Assembly: GCF_009914755.1 (NCBI RefSeq)
Contig: NC_060928.1
Strand: one strand, 5' to 3'
DNA from: the human T2T-CHM13v2.0 reference genome, Homo sapiens
DNA: 64,000 nucleotides
Shown: in pieces, positions 15,153 through 28,893 of the stretch
Layout of the letters: each line of letters starts with the position of its first letter
Position numbering within the stretch: the first letter of the stretch is position 1
Notes under the pieces: model-generated
Told to the model about the DNA's origin: nothing
What the model saw: only the letters and a program-made list of their open reading frames with translations
Database searches by the model: none
Program-made: the position numbers and the translations under genes

Positions 15153-17860
15153 GTTTGTGTCTAATTTGAATACACTCAGAAAACATAGATGCCTCTGCTG
15201 CTTCATGGTACACTTTATTCACATTTGGCAGCTTTGAAGGAGATGCCGGAGCAAACCATCTGTTGTTTTGTTTGAAATGTGCTTTTCCCCCTTTGGGGGA
15301 TATGGAATTGGAAACAAAACAAAAACACCTGGACAAGATGGTAAAACCTCTAGTAATCTTCTTGGGCTACACCTTTCCATATAGAGTTTTAAAAATACCT
15401 GTAACCAAACAACACATTTGCTCTGAATAGAAGGAGCTTATTACTGGGGGGAGTGTAGTTATTTCTGTGCGCACCTCAGTTTTATGGAGGAGTGTAGCAT
15501 TACAGTAGGGTTTAAGATTATAGACGCTGCCACACTGTGATGCCGTTGAAACTAGGAAGAGACTATTAAGTTACTGGGATGTAATTTCCTTCAATTTAAC
15601 AAAAATTTATTGAGCCTCTATTATGTGCAAGTATTGTTATGGTATTGTGCATTATATTGTGTGTTGTATAGTACTGTGCTGGGGATTCAAAGGTGAGTGA
15701 ACCACAGACTTTGTACTTAAGTATCTGGGATTTAACCGTGATTTCCAGGAATAATGCAGTGGTTTTGCCACAAGGAGCCTGAGATATATTTAGCAACTTA
15801 TTTAAAATGTGCAATCTGAGCTTTGAAATTACCCCAGAGAAATAATTTCCACCGGTCTTTCCTGAATTTTGTGTATGTACTTGAGAAAGAAAAAGTAACA
15901 TTTGCATGCTGTTGACCATTTTTGGCTTGGCCCAAGGAGAGGGGAATTAACATCAATTTTAGGTAGGGAAGGGAGTTTTTATATTTGTATTTTTTTCCCC
16001 CCACGTGGCTGGGGATGTGAGTTTTTTTTTTTTTTCTCTTCCTAAAAGAAATGACTAAAATCCCTTGGTGGAAATAAACACTGTGGCCTCAGTAGCTTAA
16101 CCACACAGATGAACCCAAGGAGTTCCAGCTCTGTAATTGCTGTTTATGGAATGAATTCTCATTTAAGTGACTTGTGAAAATATTAGACATTTCTTTTTGG
16201 CATACCGTATTACAGTTTTTAATGAAGGGCTACGAATTGAGGCTCAGACCCTGTGAACAGTGGGAGATCATTGGGGGCACCACCCCAGGCTCCTTCCTTG
16301 GATAGTTTGCCGTGCTGCAGGCAGCTGGGTTGTCCCCTCTGGCTTTGCAGCAGGAGATCGGAGGTCAGCTTTCACTTCTGCGACCTTGACTAAGTAATTG
16401 GCTTTAGTTTCTTATATGTAAAATGAAGGACTTGGGGGATCTGACTACTGTTTTATAGTTTTATGATTTTGTTTTGATTGTGTCTCTTTAAGCTCTTTAA
16501 AGCTTGTTGCATTTTGGTTCATTCTCTTTTAACATTTCATTGGCAGGTATTCCGTGTAAACAACATCCATTTCTTATTTTTCTCATTTGAATTGGATGGT
16601 GCTATATGTGTGACGGTTATATTATGGAAATGAAAATTGAGTGCGAGTGAATATATTTACTTTTACTTGCCATCTATTCTACTGGAATTTAGAAATGTCT
16701 GACCTTGAATCTTCTATTGACTCATTTTCCCCCCTAAACTTTCCAGCTTCTGATGTTAACATTTGTTCAGAGTATATCCTGCAAAGCAACTTGCACAATA
16801 AGTAATCCTTTTAAAAGGAGAAATGGTTACAATAGTTTATTCTGTGCTTTGAGCTGTTTAATGACCAAATTCTTTCCTGAAGTCCTATTTCTGTATCCCT
16901 CCCTGTTCTTCTGGCTTCAAGTTTATAAAGAGTTTATGTTATGTGCAGTCTTGCTCAGTACAGTATGTGTGTTGACTGTTGTACCTATGGATGTCACCTG
17001 TGAAGAGCCCGTCATTGTAGGTCATAGGGAGAAGCCCTTTTTCCTGGTAGTTTTGTGTACCATAATAAACAGTAGAGAAAGGTGGTTGTCTGTGTTCTGT
17101 AATGATATGTAAACTATGTAAACATCTGTCCTTTCCATTAGGTTGTTAAATCTTTAAAAGACTCTGCTTTTTTTTTTTTTTTTAAATTCTCTACCAGCCC
17201 CTACCCTGCCTTAATACATAAAGTATCTAATAAATAGCCTATCCAACTGATAATTCTAGAAGAAACAGGAAAGGGCTTAAGTTTGGGTATTTGAATTACT
17301 TTCCACATCTGTGCTGCCTAAACATTCAGTCATATTTTGTCAAGCACACAGTCTTGTTCCTCTGATTAAATCTGCTTACATGGGATACTTCAAAAAGACT
17401 TTACTCTCTTAGGTTAAAGAGCTTTTTGTAAACAGCATAAAGCAGTTTTCACGTGGGGATTTAAGAAAAAGGTCTCTAAAAGTTGACCACATCAGAATTT
17501 TTAGATATGGGGGTCAACATTTTGATCTTTCCCCGTCTCCTGTTTCCCATCTGATAATGTTGTAGCCCTTGCCTGAAGCTCTTTCAGTTCCCTGTGCTTT
17601 TACCTTCTCCGGTTTCCAGAAGCCCAGTTCCATGTTTAACTGTGGTTTAAATCTATTCTAAGTGGCTAGGTGGTTTTTGTAAATTGGATTTTGAAAAGCC
17701 CCCAGGTATTGTCTACTGTTTTGCTTATATTTGGATATGCTCTCCTTGAGCCCTATCTGTTTGGTTTGGACGTATCCCTCCATTTTATGGGTTCTGCTGC
17801 ATTTTCTTATGTGCTTGCTAGGTTCTAGCTTTTGTTCAAAAAGCCCTTTTGCTATCACAG

Positions 17861-18676
17861 TGAGAGGTGAAGCCAGCTGGGCTTCTGGGTCGGGTGGGGA
17901 CTTGGAGAACTTTTCTGTCTAGCTAAAGGATTGTAAACGCACCAATCAGTGCTCTGTATCTAGCCAAAGGTTTGTAAATGCACCAATCAGCACTCTGTAA
18001 AAACACACCAACCAGCACTCTGTGTCTAGCCAAAGGTTTGTAAATGCACCAATCAGCACTCTGTAAAAATGCACCAATCAGTGCTCTTTGTCTAGCTAAT
18101 GGTTTGTAAATGCACCAATCAGCACTCTGTAAAAATGGACCAATCAGCACTCTGTAAAATGGATTAATCAGCGCTCTGTAAAATGAACCAATCAGCAGGC
18201 CGTGGACGGGGCCAAGTAAGGGAATAAAAGCTGGCCATCCAAGCCAGCAGGGGCAATGCTTGGGTCCCTTCCCATGCTGTGGAAGCTTTGTTCTTTCACT
18301 GTTTGCAATAAATCTGGCTGCTGCTCACTCTTTGGGTCCACACTACCTTTATGAGCTGTAACACTCACCACGAAGGTCTGCAGCTTCACTCCTGAAGCCA
18401 GGAGACCATGAACCCAGCGGGAGGAACAGACAACTCTCTATGTGCCACCTTTAAGAGCTGTAACAGTCACTGCAAAGGTCTGCGGCTTCACTCCTAAGTC
18501 AGCAAGACCACGAACCCACCAGAAGGAAGAAACTCCGGACACATCTGAACATCTGAAGGGACAAACTCCGGACACACCATCTTTAAGAACTGTAACACTC
18601 ACTACGAGGGTCCGCGGCTTCGTTCTTGAATTCAGTGAGACCAAGAACCCACCAGAAGGAACCAATTCTGGACACA
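17861..18676 (+). mobile_element. LTR12 (ERV9) solo LTR
   Basis: TG...CA termini, 4-bp TSD ACAG (17857-17860, 18677-18680), tandem caccaatcagcactctg repeats, U5 repeats aaggtctgcggcttcactcct. Confidence 0.93.
17942..18230 (+). promoter_or_regulatory. LTR12 U3 CCAAT (NF-Y) array and AATAAA TATA-like box
   Basis: CCAAT at 17942, 17983, 18049, 18074, 18115, 18140, 18188; AATAAA at 18223. Confidence 0.65.
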
Positions 18677-19187
18677 ACAGGACACAGGTTGTTGCCTGAT
18701 GCATCACGTCAAGAGTTTCTCTAAGGCCTAGCTGAGTTCTTATTTTCTTTTGAAGCTCCTTCACCCTTTTTGAGCTTGGCACTTATTGCCAAATGTCCCA
18801 CAGGACTTTGTGGGTAGCTACAGGAACCAGTACAGATCCTGAACAACTTAGGGGCCAAGTATGTTGAACAAAAACTCTGAGAAATACCAGAACGTGATAA
18901 GAGTTAACATGGGATAAATTGCTTTTTTGGACATTTGACCAAGTAATGAAAATATGGGTTTGGGCAAGCAGCAGCACACAGATGACAGGTGGATGCAACT
19001 AACTGGATTGAGAATGGAATCTATTCAGATGCTATCTTGGAAAGAGCCAATTATAATTTTATCCAAATAGAAGAAGAATTTTAGGCAGAAAACTTAATAG
19101 ATGTTCATTTCACAAATTATGACTTATCACCTAAGCTCATTACCAGACCTCTACTCCAAATTTCTTTCCAAGACTATGACTAATAAT

Positions 19188-19442
19188 TTTTTTTTTTTTT
19201 AAAATACAGGATTTCATTCTGTTGTCCAGGCTGGGCTGCAGCCTTGAACTCCTGGGTCAGATGATCTGAGCAGCCAGGACTACAGATGCCTGCCACCATG
19301 CATGGCTAATTTTAAAATTATTTTTGTAGACACGGTCTCTCTGTGTTGCCCAGGCTGGTCTTGAACTCCTGGGCTCAATTGATCCTCCTGCCTCGGCCTT
19401 CCAAAGTTCTGGGATTACAGGCTTGAGCCACTGTGCCCAGCC
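19188..19442 (-). mobile_element. AluJ with internal deletions
   Basis: reverse Alu with shortened right arm. Confidence 0.85.
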
Positions 19443-19834
19443 TAATGAATACATTTTAAGTACAGACTTCCAAAGATTCTATAAATTACTACAAAACATG
19501 AGTAAAACTTAAACCTGTCTGGATAATTTCTCATATTACATTGTATTTAATAGAGCAGAAACAATATTGATTTAGTTTAATTACATTTCTTTCATTCAGT
19601 AATAAAACACACTAGTGCCTATCATACAGCATAGTATTAGAGGCCCTGAGATACAACTAGGAATTACAACACTGGCCAGCCTTCAGGAAGTTAGCAACTT
19701 TTTGTGAGACTGTCAAAAAAGCAATAAAAATATATTGTGGAAAGTGCTGTAATAGCGGTAAGCATAGGTGTCCTGGGATGTACTCTACCATCTCATCTTT
19801 GGAGCACCAGAAAGTCTTTCAGGAAGAGTTAATT

Positions 19835-20025
19835 CTTCCTGGTTTGAATCCTCTTTCGGTGCCTTAATTAGCCATGTGATTTGGGACAAGTGACTTAAGG
19901 CCTCTAAGTCTCAGTTTCCTGGTCTGTAAAATGAGACTTACGACACTTGTCTCAGGAGGTTATTGTGAGAGTTGAGTGAATTTGATAATGTACCTGAAGT
20001 GTCTAGTTTGGGACCTGGTATCCAT
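19835..20025 (+). mobile_element. MIR
   Basis: core ctcagtttcctggtctgtaaaatgag. Confidence 0.7.
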
Positions 20026-20589
20026 AGAGTAATTTTATTATCCCATTCATGACTTGCTCCCCATCACCTTGCCAAACAGGAGTTGCTCAGCTTTTTGTCC
20101 ATTCTCTGCATTCTGGGTTTAGGGGTGACAAGCCATAGCATGTGGCTTATGACCTTTATGGACAAATAGTGCTAAGGCACTGGATTAGTGACTCTGGAGC
20201 CACCACTGAGGAACCGAGGTGGCACTTTGCCAGCGTTGGTGCTGCTGCAGTCCTGTGCTGGCCGTTCACTTGTGCTCTGACAGGTGTCTGCCAGGCACCC
20301 TTCTGGGTCTGGATTCAAGTGCTCCATTCTGTGAGGATGAAGTTGAATTCTCATCTCTTTAGAGAGGCTAGAGGAGCTTAAAGGAAAGGGGTGGGTTGGG
20401 GTAGGATAGGGCAAATGAAGTGTCAAGTAGGAACGAGTGACACTTGCCTTGGGAGTTAAGGGAGGGTGTGCCTTCTCCCTGCTGGAGTGGGGAGTCCTCA
20501 CTTAACATTATCAGTAGGTTCTTGGAAACTGAATTGAAGCAAAGCAACACATAAGGAAGCCAGTTTTACCATGGGCCGATTGACGTAAA

Positions 20590-21283
20590 CAAAAGTTTTT
20601 ATGTCATATTTCTGGTCTCAGAACATCACCAAACTTTTTTTTTTTTTTTTTTTTTTTTTAAATGGAGCGGAGTTTCGCCCTTGTCACCCAGGCTGGAGTA
20701 GAATGGCATGATCTTGGCTCACTACAATCTCCGCCACCCAAGTTCAAGTGATTCTCGTGCCTCAGCCTCCCAAGTAGCTGGGATTACAGACATGCGCCAG
20801 CACGCCAGGCTAATTTTGTATTTTTAGTAGAGATGGGGGGTTTCACCATGTTGGTCAGGCTGATTTCAAACTCCTGACCTCAACATCACCAAACTTCTCA
20901 ATACCACAACACTTTTAATATTAAATATTGAAATAAATGTGAGCTATACATACATTTAAGAAAGATTAATGAAAACAAGATAATCATTTACTCACTCCTG
21001 TTCAGGGTCGCAGGTGGCTGGAGCCCATTTCAGCAGCTCAGAGTGCAAGGTGGACACCAGCCTTGGACAGGGCATGATCCCACACTCGCTCACACAGTAC
21101 TATTTAGACATGCTGGTGAACTGACCTAAGAGATGTGGGAGGAAATAGTAGATACCCAGAAGGAATCCACACAGGCACGGGAGAACCTGCAGACTCCACA
21201 CGGACAGTGGCCCTGGCCACGAATCGGTTTTTATTTTTCCCTTATTAATGTTATAATGAAATGATGCTATTCAAGGACCTGCC
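20590..21283. mobile_element. MER6 (TcMar-Tigger) with nested Alu
   Basis: cagggtcgcaggtggctggagcc, gtgggaggaaa...gactccacacggacagtggccc, terminal tattcaaggacctg. Confidence 0.75.
20635..20881 (-). mobile_element. AluS, 5'-truncated
   Basis: perfect 15-bp TSD AACATCACCAAACTT (20622-20636, 20882-20896). Confidence 0.9.
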
Positions 21284-21589
21284 ATATTTAAGTTCTTCTC
21301 TAGACGAGTCCAACAGTAAACATTATTTAATTTTGTAGTTTGAAAATAAGCCTTTTCCATCTCCTCATCCTAAACAATTGGAAAATAAAGAAAATTCAAA
21401 AAAAGTCATCTAGTAACAAATTCTTTCCTCTTCTAAAGCAAAATAATCTGGTACCCTATAGAAAAATGGGCAATTCACAATTATGTTTAAACTTTTATGA
21501 ATTCTTTGTGTTCTTTATCCATTTTTCAGTGGAAGCATTATTGTGTGTTTTTTGCAAAAAACTGCTTAATGAAGAATATATTTTGTGTT

Positions 21590-21930
21590 ACAAATGTTTC
21601 CCTACGTTCTTACATATTGGTTGTAATCCTCCCCCCTTTGCTGTGTGCCCTTTGCTTGATTATTATGATTTTTTTTTTATATTGGCAAGTTCTTATGGCT
21701 TCTTTCTTTCCTTTTTTGCTTAGAAGATCCTTCTCTATTCTGAGATTTGTTGAAAATACTCTCTATGGCTTCATTGTTTACTTGTGACTCTTTCAATCCA
21801 TCTGGAATTAATTTTGATATGAGATGAGGTTCTCTTTCTGCTTCCCAGTAAACAGTCATGCCAGCACCAATGGTTGAATCGTCTCTTCCTTTTTTTAAAC
21901 CCAGTGATGTGTAATGACAAATTTATATAG
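21590..21930 (-). mobile_element. old L1M ORF2 fragment
   Basis: tcaatccatctggaattaattttg and gccagcaccaatggttgaat resemble antisense L1. Confidence 0.5.
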
Positions 21931-23099
21931 TTTTTGACCTCTAATGGTATTCAGAAGATCTGGTTATTTGAATTGGGGTTCTTAGGTTCTTCTCTTCTAC
22001 CATTTATATAACGTATGTCTTTTTTTTGACCCAAAATGCTGTTCTAAGTAGTAGCTCTACTTTTAAAAAAGGTTTTGCATGTGCAATTTTATAACAGATT
22101 AGAAAGCTGACTTCTACCATATTCAACTTATAAATTTTGTTTGGCTTCCTCGTGTTGTTACAATTAAGAAAAAATGTGTTGCCACCATAAAAATCATTGG
22201 ATTTTTCAGCAGTTCCAGAGAAATCAGAAGACATGGCCAACATACTGGGCTTGTGTTCTCAAGAGGCAAAAATGTTCTGGCGCTGAGTAATGGCTGCCTT
22301 CTTCTCTGGAGTAGACGAGGACTATCTGGTTTTCAATGCCTACCACTCCTGATTGCATTTCTCTCCCAGCCTGTTTCACTCATTAGATTACTGCCTGGCC
22401 CAGACTCATTTCAGTTTTTGTAATGTCTGATTTATAAGAAAAGTTTTCATATTGTATTTAACTTGATCCTTGTTGGAACTTTTTGGATTACGCTGTTACA
22501 TTTATATATTTTTTTCTGTAATGCAGTATTGGGGGAAAAAAAAAGCTCCATTCTTTATTGAATGCTACTTGAATAGTTTCCTTTGAAATTTGTATCATTT
22601 CAGCACAAGAAATCATATGAGCACAAAGAAACAATAATACTCTATAATGACATTAAGAACAAATGCAGGAAGAAATAATTACCTGCGTTTTAAGATTCAG
22701 AAACAAAACACAGCAGCATTTGTATAATACCATACCATATATGGACGAAGATATTTCTATTCTAAGCTTGGTGGGTGTGATGTTGTTATTGTTGTTTCTT
22801 GGCTAAATTCTTTCTTCATAAAGGCTTGATGTCTCCTTTTTCTTTCATTCCCAACTTTACCCACATGTTGATTTTCATAGCCTTCTATTGCTGAGTGTGC
22901 TGGGTGTTTTGACTGCTGATTAAAGCGTCACCCCTTCCTCGGCCCCTTTCTGTGATTCAGATTAAATCAAATAAGGTGGTAAAAATGTTTTCCATGTTCC
23001 TGGTAAGTACTAGTCTGCAGTGATAGTGCTTCTTACTATGTGACCTTGCTTTGCAGCAGTCTTGTGGGCAAATGCAGGGGCCTGACTTCCATTTGTCTT

Positions 23100-23230
23100 T
23101 TGTTTAAGTCTGAGAAACAGATGCTCAGAGAATGTTTGTGACCTTGCTACAGAGTCACAGAGTAATGAGTGGCTAGGACTGCAGCTTGGGTCTTCTGACA
23201 CCTAATTCAGTGTGTACTTCACAGCATCAG
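23100..23230 (-). mobile_element. MIR fragment
   Basis: gaaacagatgctcagagaatg...agtcacag. Confidence 0.5.
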
Positions 23231-24357
23231 CTTTTTAAAATAGTGGACATTTTTAGGTAATGGGCATCTGTTTGTTTCAGTTTATTTTCTGTTAGTTGTT
23301 AAAATAGTGGAAGAGCATAATGAAAAGCAGAAAAGAGAGTAACTATGTAATATCAATACATTGGACTTAGTTGTAAATTAAAAAAACCTAGAGCGTAAAG
23401 AAAAATAAAGTCTTCTGATCCTCTGTATCAACAAAAGAGTGACTATTAAGTAAAAGAGGTTAAAATACAACTTCTGCTTTTTTTTGGTTCCATTTCTACA
23501 CATGGGTGAACCATAGGATCACAGAATTTTAGGTCTGGATCTATGAGGCAGTTAAAGAAAAGTCCCTGATCTTTTTGGTAAGAAAACTTAGGTTCTATAT
23601 TGTCAGATGGTTTTTTTTTTTTTTTTTTTTTTAAGTTGTGCAGCTAGTTGGTAATTAACCTTGGAGTAGAAAAGGGAAGAAACCTCAGTTCCTGAGTCTC
23701 TCCTCCTCCATCAGTGTGGGGGAGTTAATTGAGGGCTTTTAGATGACCTGACAGGGGACATACTGTCCTGGGTTTCCAGAAGAACAGCGTGTGGTCCCAT
23801 GTGGTGAAAAAAGATAAATAAAAGAAGTAGAGAATTAACATGCTTTGTTTAATCTCTTTGCCTAACAGGAAGGAAATCATACCAGAAAAGGCTGGAATAG
23901 TTCATTATTTTTGCTTTGGAAAATACAAGTTGGAAAATTAGGGAAGAGAATGTTCCTTTTTTAGGAGGTGTGGAGAGTTAGGGAGAATTTGAAATTAATG
24001 GAAACATTTTGACAGCATGAGGACATGGTGTGCTCTCATTGATACTCAAGAATGTTTATTAAAAATCTGTCAAGTTGGCTGACAGCTTTAGGGGAGACAC
24101 CCGTCTTCTCTGCATTTATAAATGTGTATACTTATTTTCTCAAAAAGCTTCTATAGCAAAAGGAATGCAAGTATGTCCTAATTCTAGACAGTACCTAAGA
24201 AATGTTTGTGATGTTAACCAAAGGGTGAGTACTGGTATATCAATATTATTTTAGGCCCTGTTGACCTATTGATACGTATTTTAAATAGCGTTACAGAAAT
24301 CACTGGAAAGGTTTGGGAAAGTAGATGACATTTCTGGTAGACAATCTTATTGCTATA

Positions 24358-24690
24358 CAGGTTGATCATCCTGAATCTGAAATCCGATATGCTCCAAAAT
24401 TTGAAATGACACTACAAGTGGAAAATTCCACACCTGGCCTCTTGCTCTCTGATGGTTCAGTGTACATAAGCTTTATTTCATGTACAAAATTATTAAAAAT
24501 ATTGTATAAAATTACCTTTAGGCTATGTGTGATAGGTGTATACAAAACAGAAATGAATTTCACGTTTAGACTTAGGCCCCATACCCAAGATACCTCTCTT
24601 TGTATACACAGATATTCCAAAATTCAAAAATATCCAAAAATCTCTACCACTTCTGGTTCTAAGCATTTCAGAGAAGGGATACTTAACCTG
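24358..24690. mobile_element. Tigger4b/MER46-type DNA transposon
   Basis: TIRs caggttgatcatcc / gggatacttaacctg flanked by TA dinucleotides. Confidence 0.8.
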
Positions 24691-24789
24691 TATTCATACT
24701 GGACCATTAGGGAAGATCTTTCCCAAGATGTTTTTTTTCCAACACTGATTATGTATTATGATTTTTTGAAAATCTAGAGTAAAACATAC

Positions 24790-25073
24790 TGATTGATTGA
24801 GACAGAGTCTCACCCTGTTGCCCAGGCTGGAGTGCAGTGGTGTGATCTCGATTCACTGCAACCTCCGCCTCTGGGGTTCAAGTGATTCTCACGCCTCAGC
24901 CTCCTGAGTAGCTGGGATTACAGGTGTGTGCCACCACACCCTGCTAACTTTTGTATTTTTAGTAGGGACGGGATTTCACCACGATAGCTGGCTGGTCTCG
25001 AACTCCTGACCTCAGGTGATCCGCCCGTCTTGGCCTCTCAAAGTGCTGAGATTACAGGTGTGAGCCACTGGCC
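24790..25073 (-). mobile_element. AluS
   Basis: reverse Alu ending about 410 nt upstream of exon 5. Confidence 0.9.
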
Positions 25074-25481
25074 TATTATTCCATTTTAAACGAATTCCAC
25101 GTCTGTGCCAAAATCTGGAGCAAGTTTGCTTTTTTAAGCTTTATGTTATTTTTCTTACGTATTTTGTTTCATTCGGTTGGTGAGGGGTGAGTGACATGGA
25201 ATTAATTTTTAACATTGCTAAGTCTGAAGAACTGAAAAATAACATAGGCTTGGAAAAAAGTCCATTAAAGGAAGAAATAAAAGTGTCTCTTCTATCCTAA
25301 TGCTGTCTTGATGATTAAGCAGTAGGCTTGGTACAGATATGTTTTTTTAGATAGCTTTATCACATTCAGAGTGGTGCTTTGTTTTATTTTCAGATATTTT
25401 TCATAATTTGAGCTTCCCAGTGGATTAACCATGTGTATCCTTTTGTTTCTGTTTAATCATAGTTTTTTTTTTTATTTGTAG

Positions 25482-25583
25482 GAAGAAAAAAAGAAGTTTG
25501 ACAAAGAGACAGAAAAGAATTATAGTCTAATTGATAAACATTTGAATTTATCAGCAAAAAAGAAAGACTCACATTTACAAGAG
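25482..25583 (+). CDS. ARHGAP10: ARHGAP10 coding exon (probably 5), BAR: [34 protein letters not shown]
   Basis: tttgtAG acceptor, GAG|GTataa donor, 102 nt, in frame with previous exon. Confidence 0.95.
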
Positions 25584-26779
25584 GTATAATTTTTTATTTT
25601 TCTGTTACGTTTTCAAAATTTGATAAGCAATACATGTCTTTTAAAAATGTGCTTTAATTTGGATAACTTTTCATCTGGCATTATATAGAGATAACAAAAA
25701 GTGAACAGGTATTGTCATAAATTAAGAAAAAAGTCCTTGTGAAACAAGAAAAAATAATGAATACATCTTATAGTGATTAATGAGCTATGGATTCATAGTA
25801 GTAAAATTTTTGTTTCTGAGCATTATTTTATAGGAACATAACTTTAAACCAGCATTAGTGAAGAACAGATATATTATTTGCAGGAATAGATCAATTAATT
25901 GGCTTTTGGGAGTTCTTGAAGAAATGAATTGAATTTAATAAGCTCATATACCATTATGCGTTTATGTGAAGGCAGCATTAATCTTATTTAATGCTGAGGA
26001 TTCAGGAGGTTCAACTTTGTTGGAAAGAGAGCATCTGTTTTACTTGTATTAATAGACTCATTTATTTTGGAGGCAGCCATATGTAAGCAGGAAGGAATTT
26101 ATATTTTATTTTTCATTTTCTCTTTGTTTACTTCTAAATCCCCTGCCATTTGTTTCTCTCACTCACACACTTGGATGGAAACTCAGTTGTTTACAATTCA
26201 AAACAAAATGCTTTTATTAAAAATAATGCTGTTTGCCATTGTTAGGATTTAGTCTCATCCCACAAAATTGTATTTTTTTTCTTGTTTTTTTAACACATAA
26301 GGAATCTGGACATTATGTACTACTGTCATAAACACTTATTGAAGTATTATCAAAATGACACAGTATTAAGTCTTGTGTAAACCTGGATTATATTTAAATG
26401 TTAGCTATTTAGTTACATACTCTGTGTGTGTATGGTTTGTTTGACATTATCCACATGTGACTTTTTCTTTTGTGTCTCTAATACCTTTGACTGACATTTG
26501 GATGGCACTTGACAGTTCATAAAAGAGAAAAGAGCTTTTACACCTCTTCGTCCTTACTGCAGTACTTTGGGTAGGGCTCTGTTCTCTCCTTGTTGCATAT
26601 TATTGTGTGCTCCCTCATCTCCTGCCCTCTGTCAATTTTGAGATGACAGCTGCAGCTTTTACAGGCCCCTTTTATGCTAGCAGTTCTCTACCTGTGTTTG
26701 CTCTCACCTCCATTTTCAGGTATCCAAAAAAAGATCTTCATTCCCCAAGTGAATTTCCAAATCCACTTCACTTTCTCAT

Positions 26780-27680
<901 letters not shown>

Positions 27681-28088
27681 AGTGTGGAGATGCTTGTACA
27701 GTGAGCTGGGGCTCCAGCAATTTATCAGTCCCAAGGATAATTAACCTCTAGAAACATGAAGAGATCCTAACGATGAATAATTTGTTTCATTTAAATTACA
27801 TACACTTTTTAATCTTGCTCTGTTTGCTTTTTACAAACTTACATGCTCTCACTGAAGCAGCCTTCTATTTTAAGTGTGAAGCCCTTAATAGGGGGGATGC
27901 TTTTTACAGGGGAAAATGTTAGGTTTGGATATTCATTACTTTTGGCAGTGGTTAATGTAATGCTAATTTTCAATGAATTGAGATGCTCAAGAGATTCATA
28001 AGAGTTGCAGAGAATGATACTGAACAAAGGCTTAGAAACGTACATAATTCATTCTCTCCTCTTGCTTCAATTGAAAATAACAGGAGAA

Positions 28089-28401
28089 GGCCGGGCGTGG
28101 TGGCTCACGCCTGTAATCCCAGCACTGTGGGAGGCCGAGGCGGGTGGATCACGAGATCAGGAGATCCAGACCATCCTGGCTAACATGGTGAAACCCCGTC
28201 TCTACTAAAAATACAAAAAATTAGCTGGGTGTGGTGGCAGGTGCCTGTAGTCCCAGCTACTCAGGAGGCTGAGGCAGGAGAATGGCGTGAACCCAGGAGG
28301 TGGAGCTTGCAGTGAGCCGAGATGGGGCCACTGCACTCCAGCCTGGGCGACAGCTCCGTCTCAAAAACAAAACAAAACAAAACAAAACAAAACAAAAAAA
28401 A
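28089..28401 (+). mobile_element. AluY-like with (AAAAC)n tail
   Basis: gaatggcgtgaacc and ggagcttgcagtgagccgagat diagnostics; TSD core caggagaa. Confidence 0.9.
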
Positions 28402-28893
28402 CCAGGAGAAAATTGTGGCATACACCATGCTGGCTATTTTGGCAGTTCTCTGAGGCCTTGCTGCTATACCTCTATGTTTATTGGGCATAATAGCTTCTAC
28501 CTCCATCCACACCCCTACATTCTACTTAATAGTTGTACTGTAACAAGTATTGGATATTTGAGAAAATTCCATTTCTGTTTATTTTTGAAGTCTATTTTTT
28601 CTTCCCAAGTAGCCAAATGATATTTCAGTATAATAATAATCTACTTGAGAAGCAGATTTCCTAAATAACTTTATGTGAGACTTGTCTACTTTCTTACATA
28701 TATTTACAGCAGGAATGGCTAGAAATTAGTTGATAATCAAATTGAAATTGTGTATTTGTTAAAAACTAGTGATTTGCTTGGAGTAGTAAAACGTATAGTG
28801 ATTGCCTTTTAGATTTGGTCAGGCTGAAGGAAATCATTTTATGACCCTAGTTACAACTTGGACGTCCATGGCATTCTTGTAAGTGAGGGCTGT

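Noticed and set aside
17940-18200. Regular short repeats resembling a CRISPR-like array
   Set aside because: Spacers are themselves repeated; these are the known LTR12 U3 tandem repeats
24325-24777. 150-aa ORF over a DNA transposon
   Set aside because: The element is a roughly 330-bp non-autonomous Tigger4 derivative; no transposase motif
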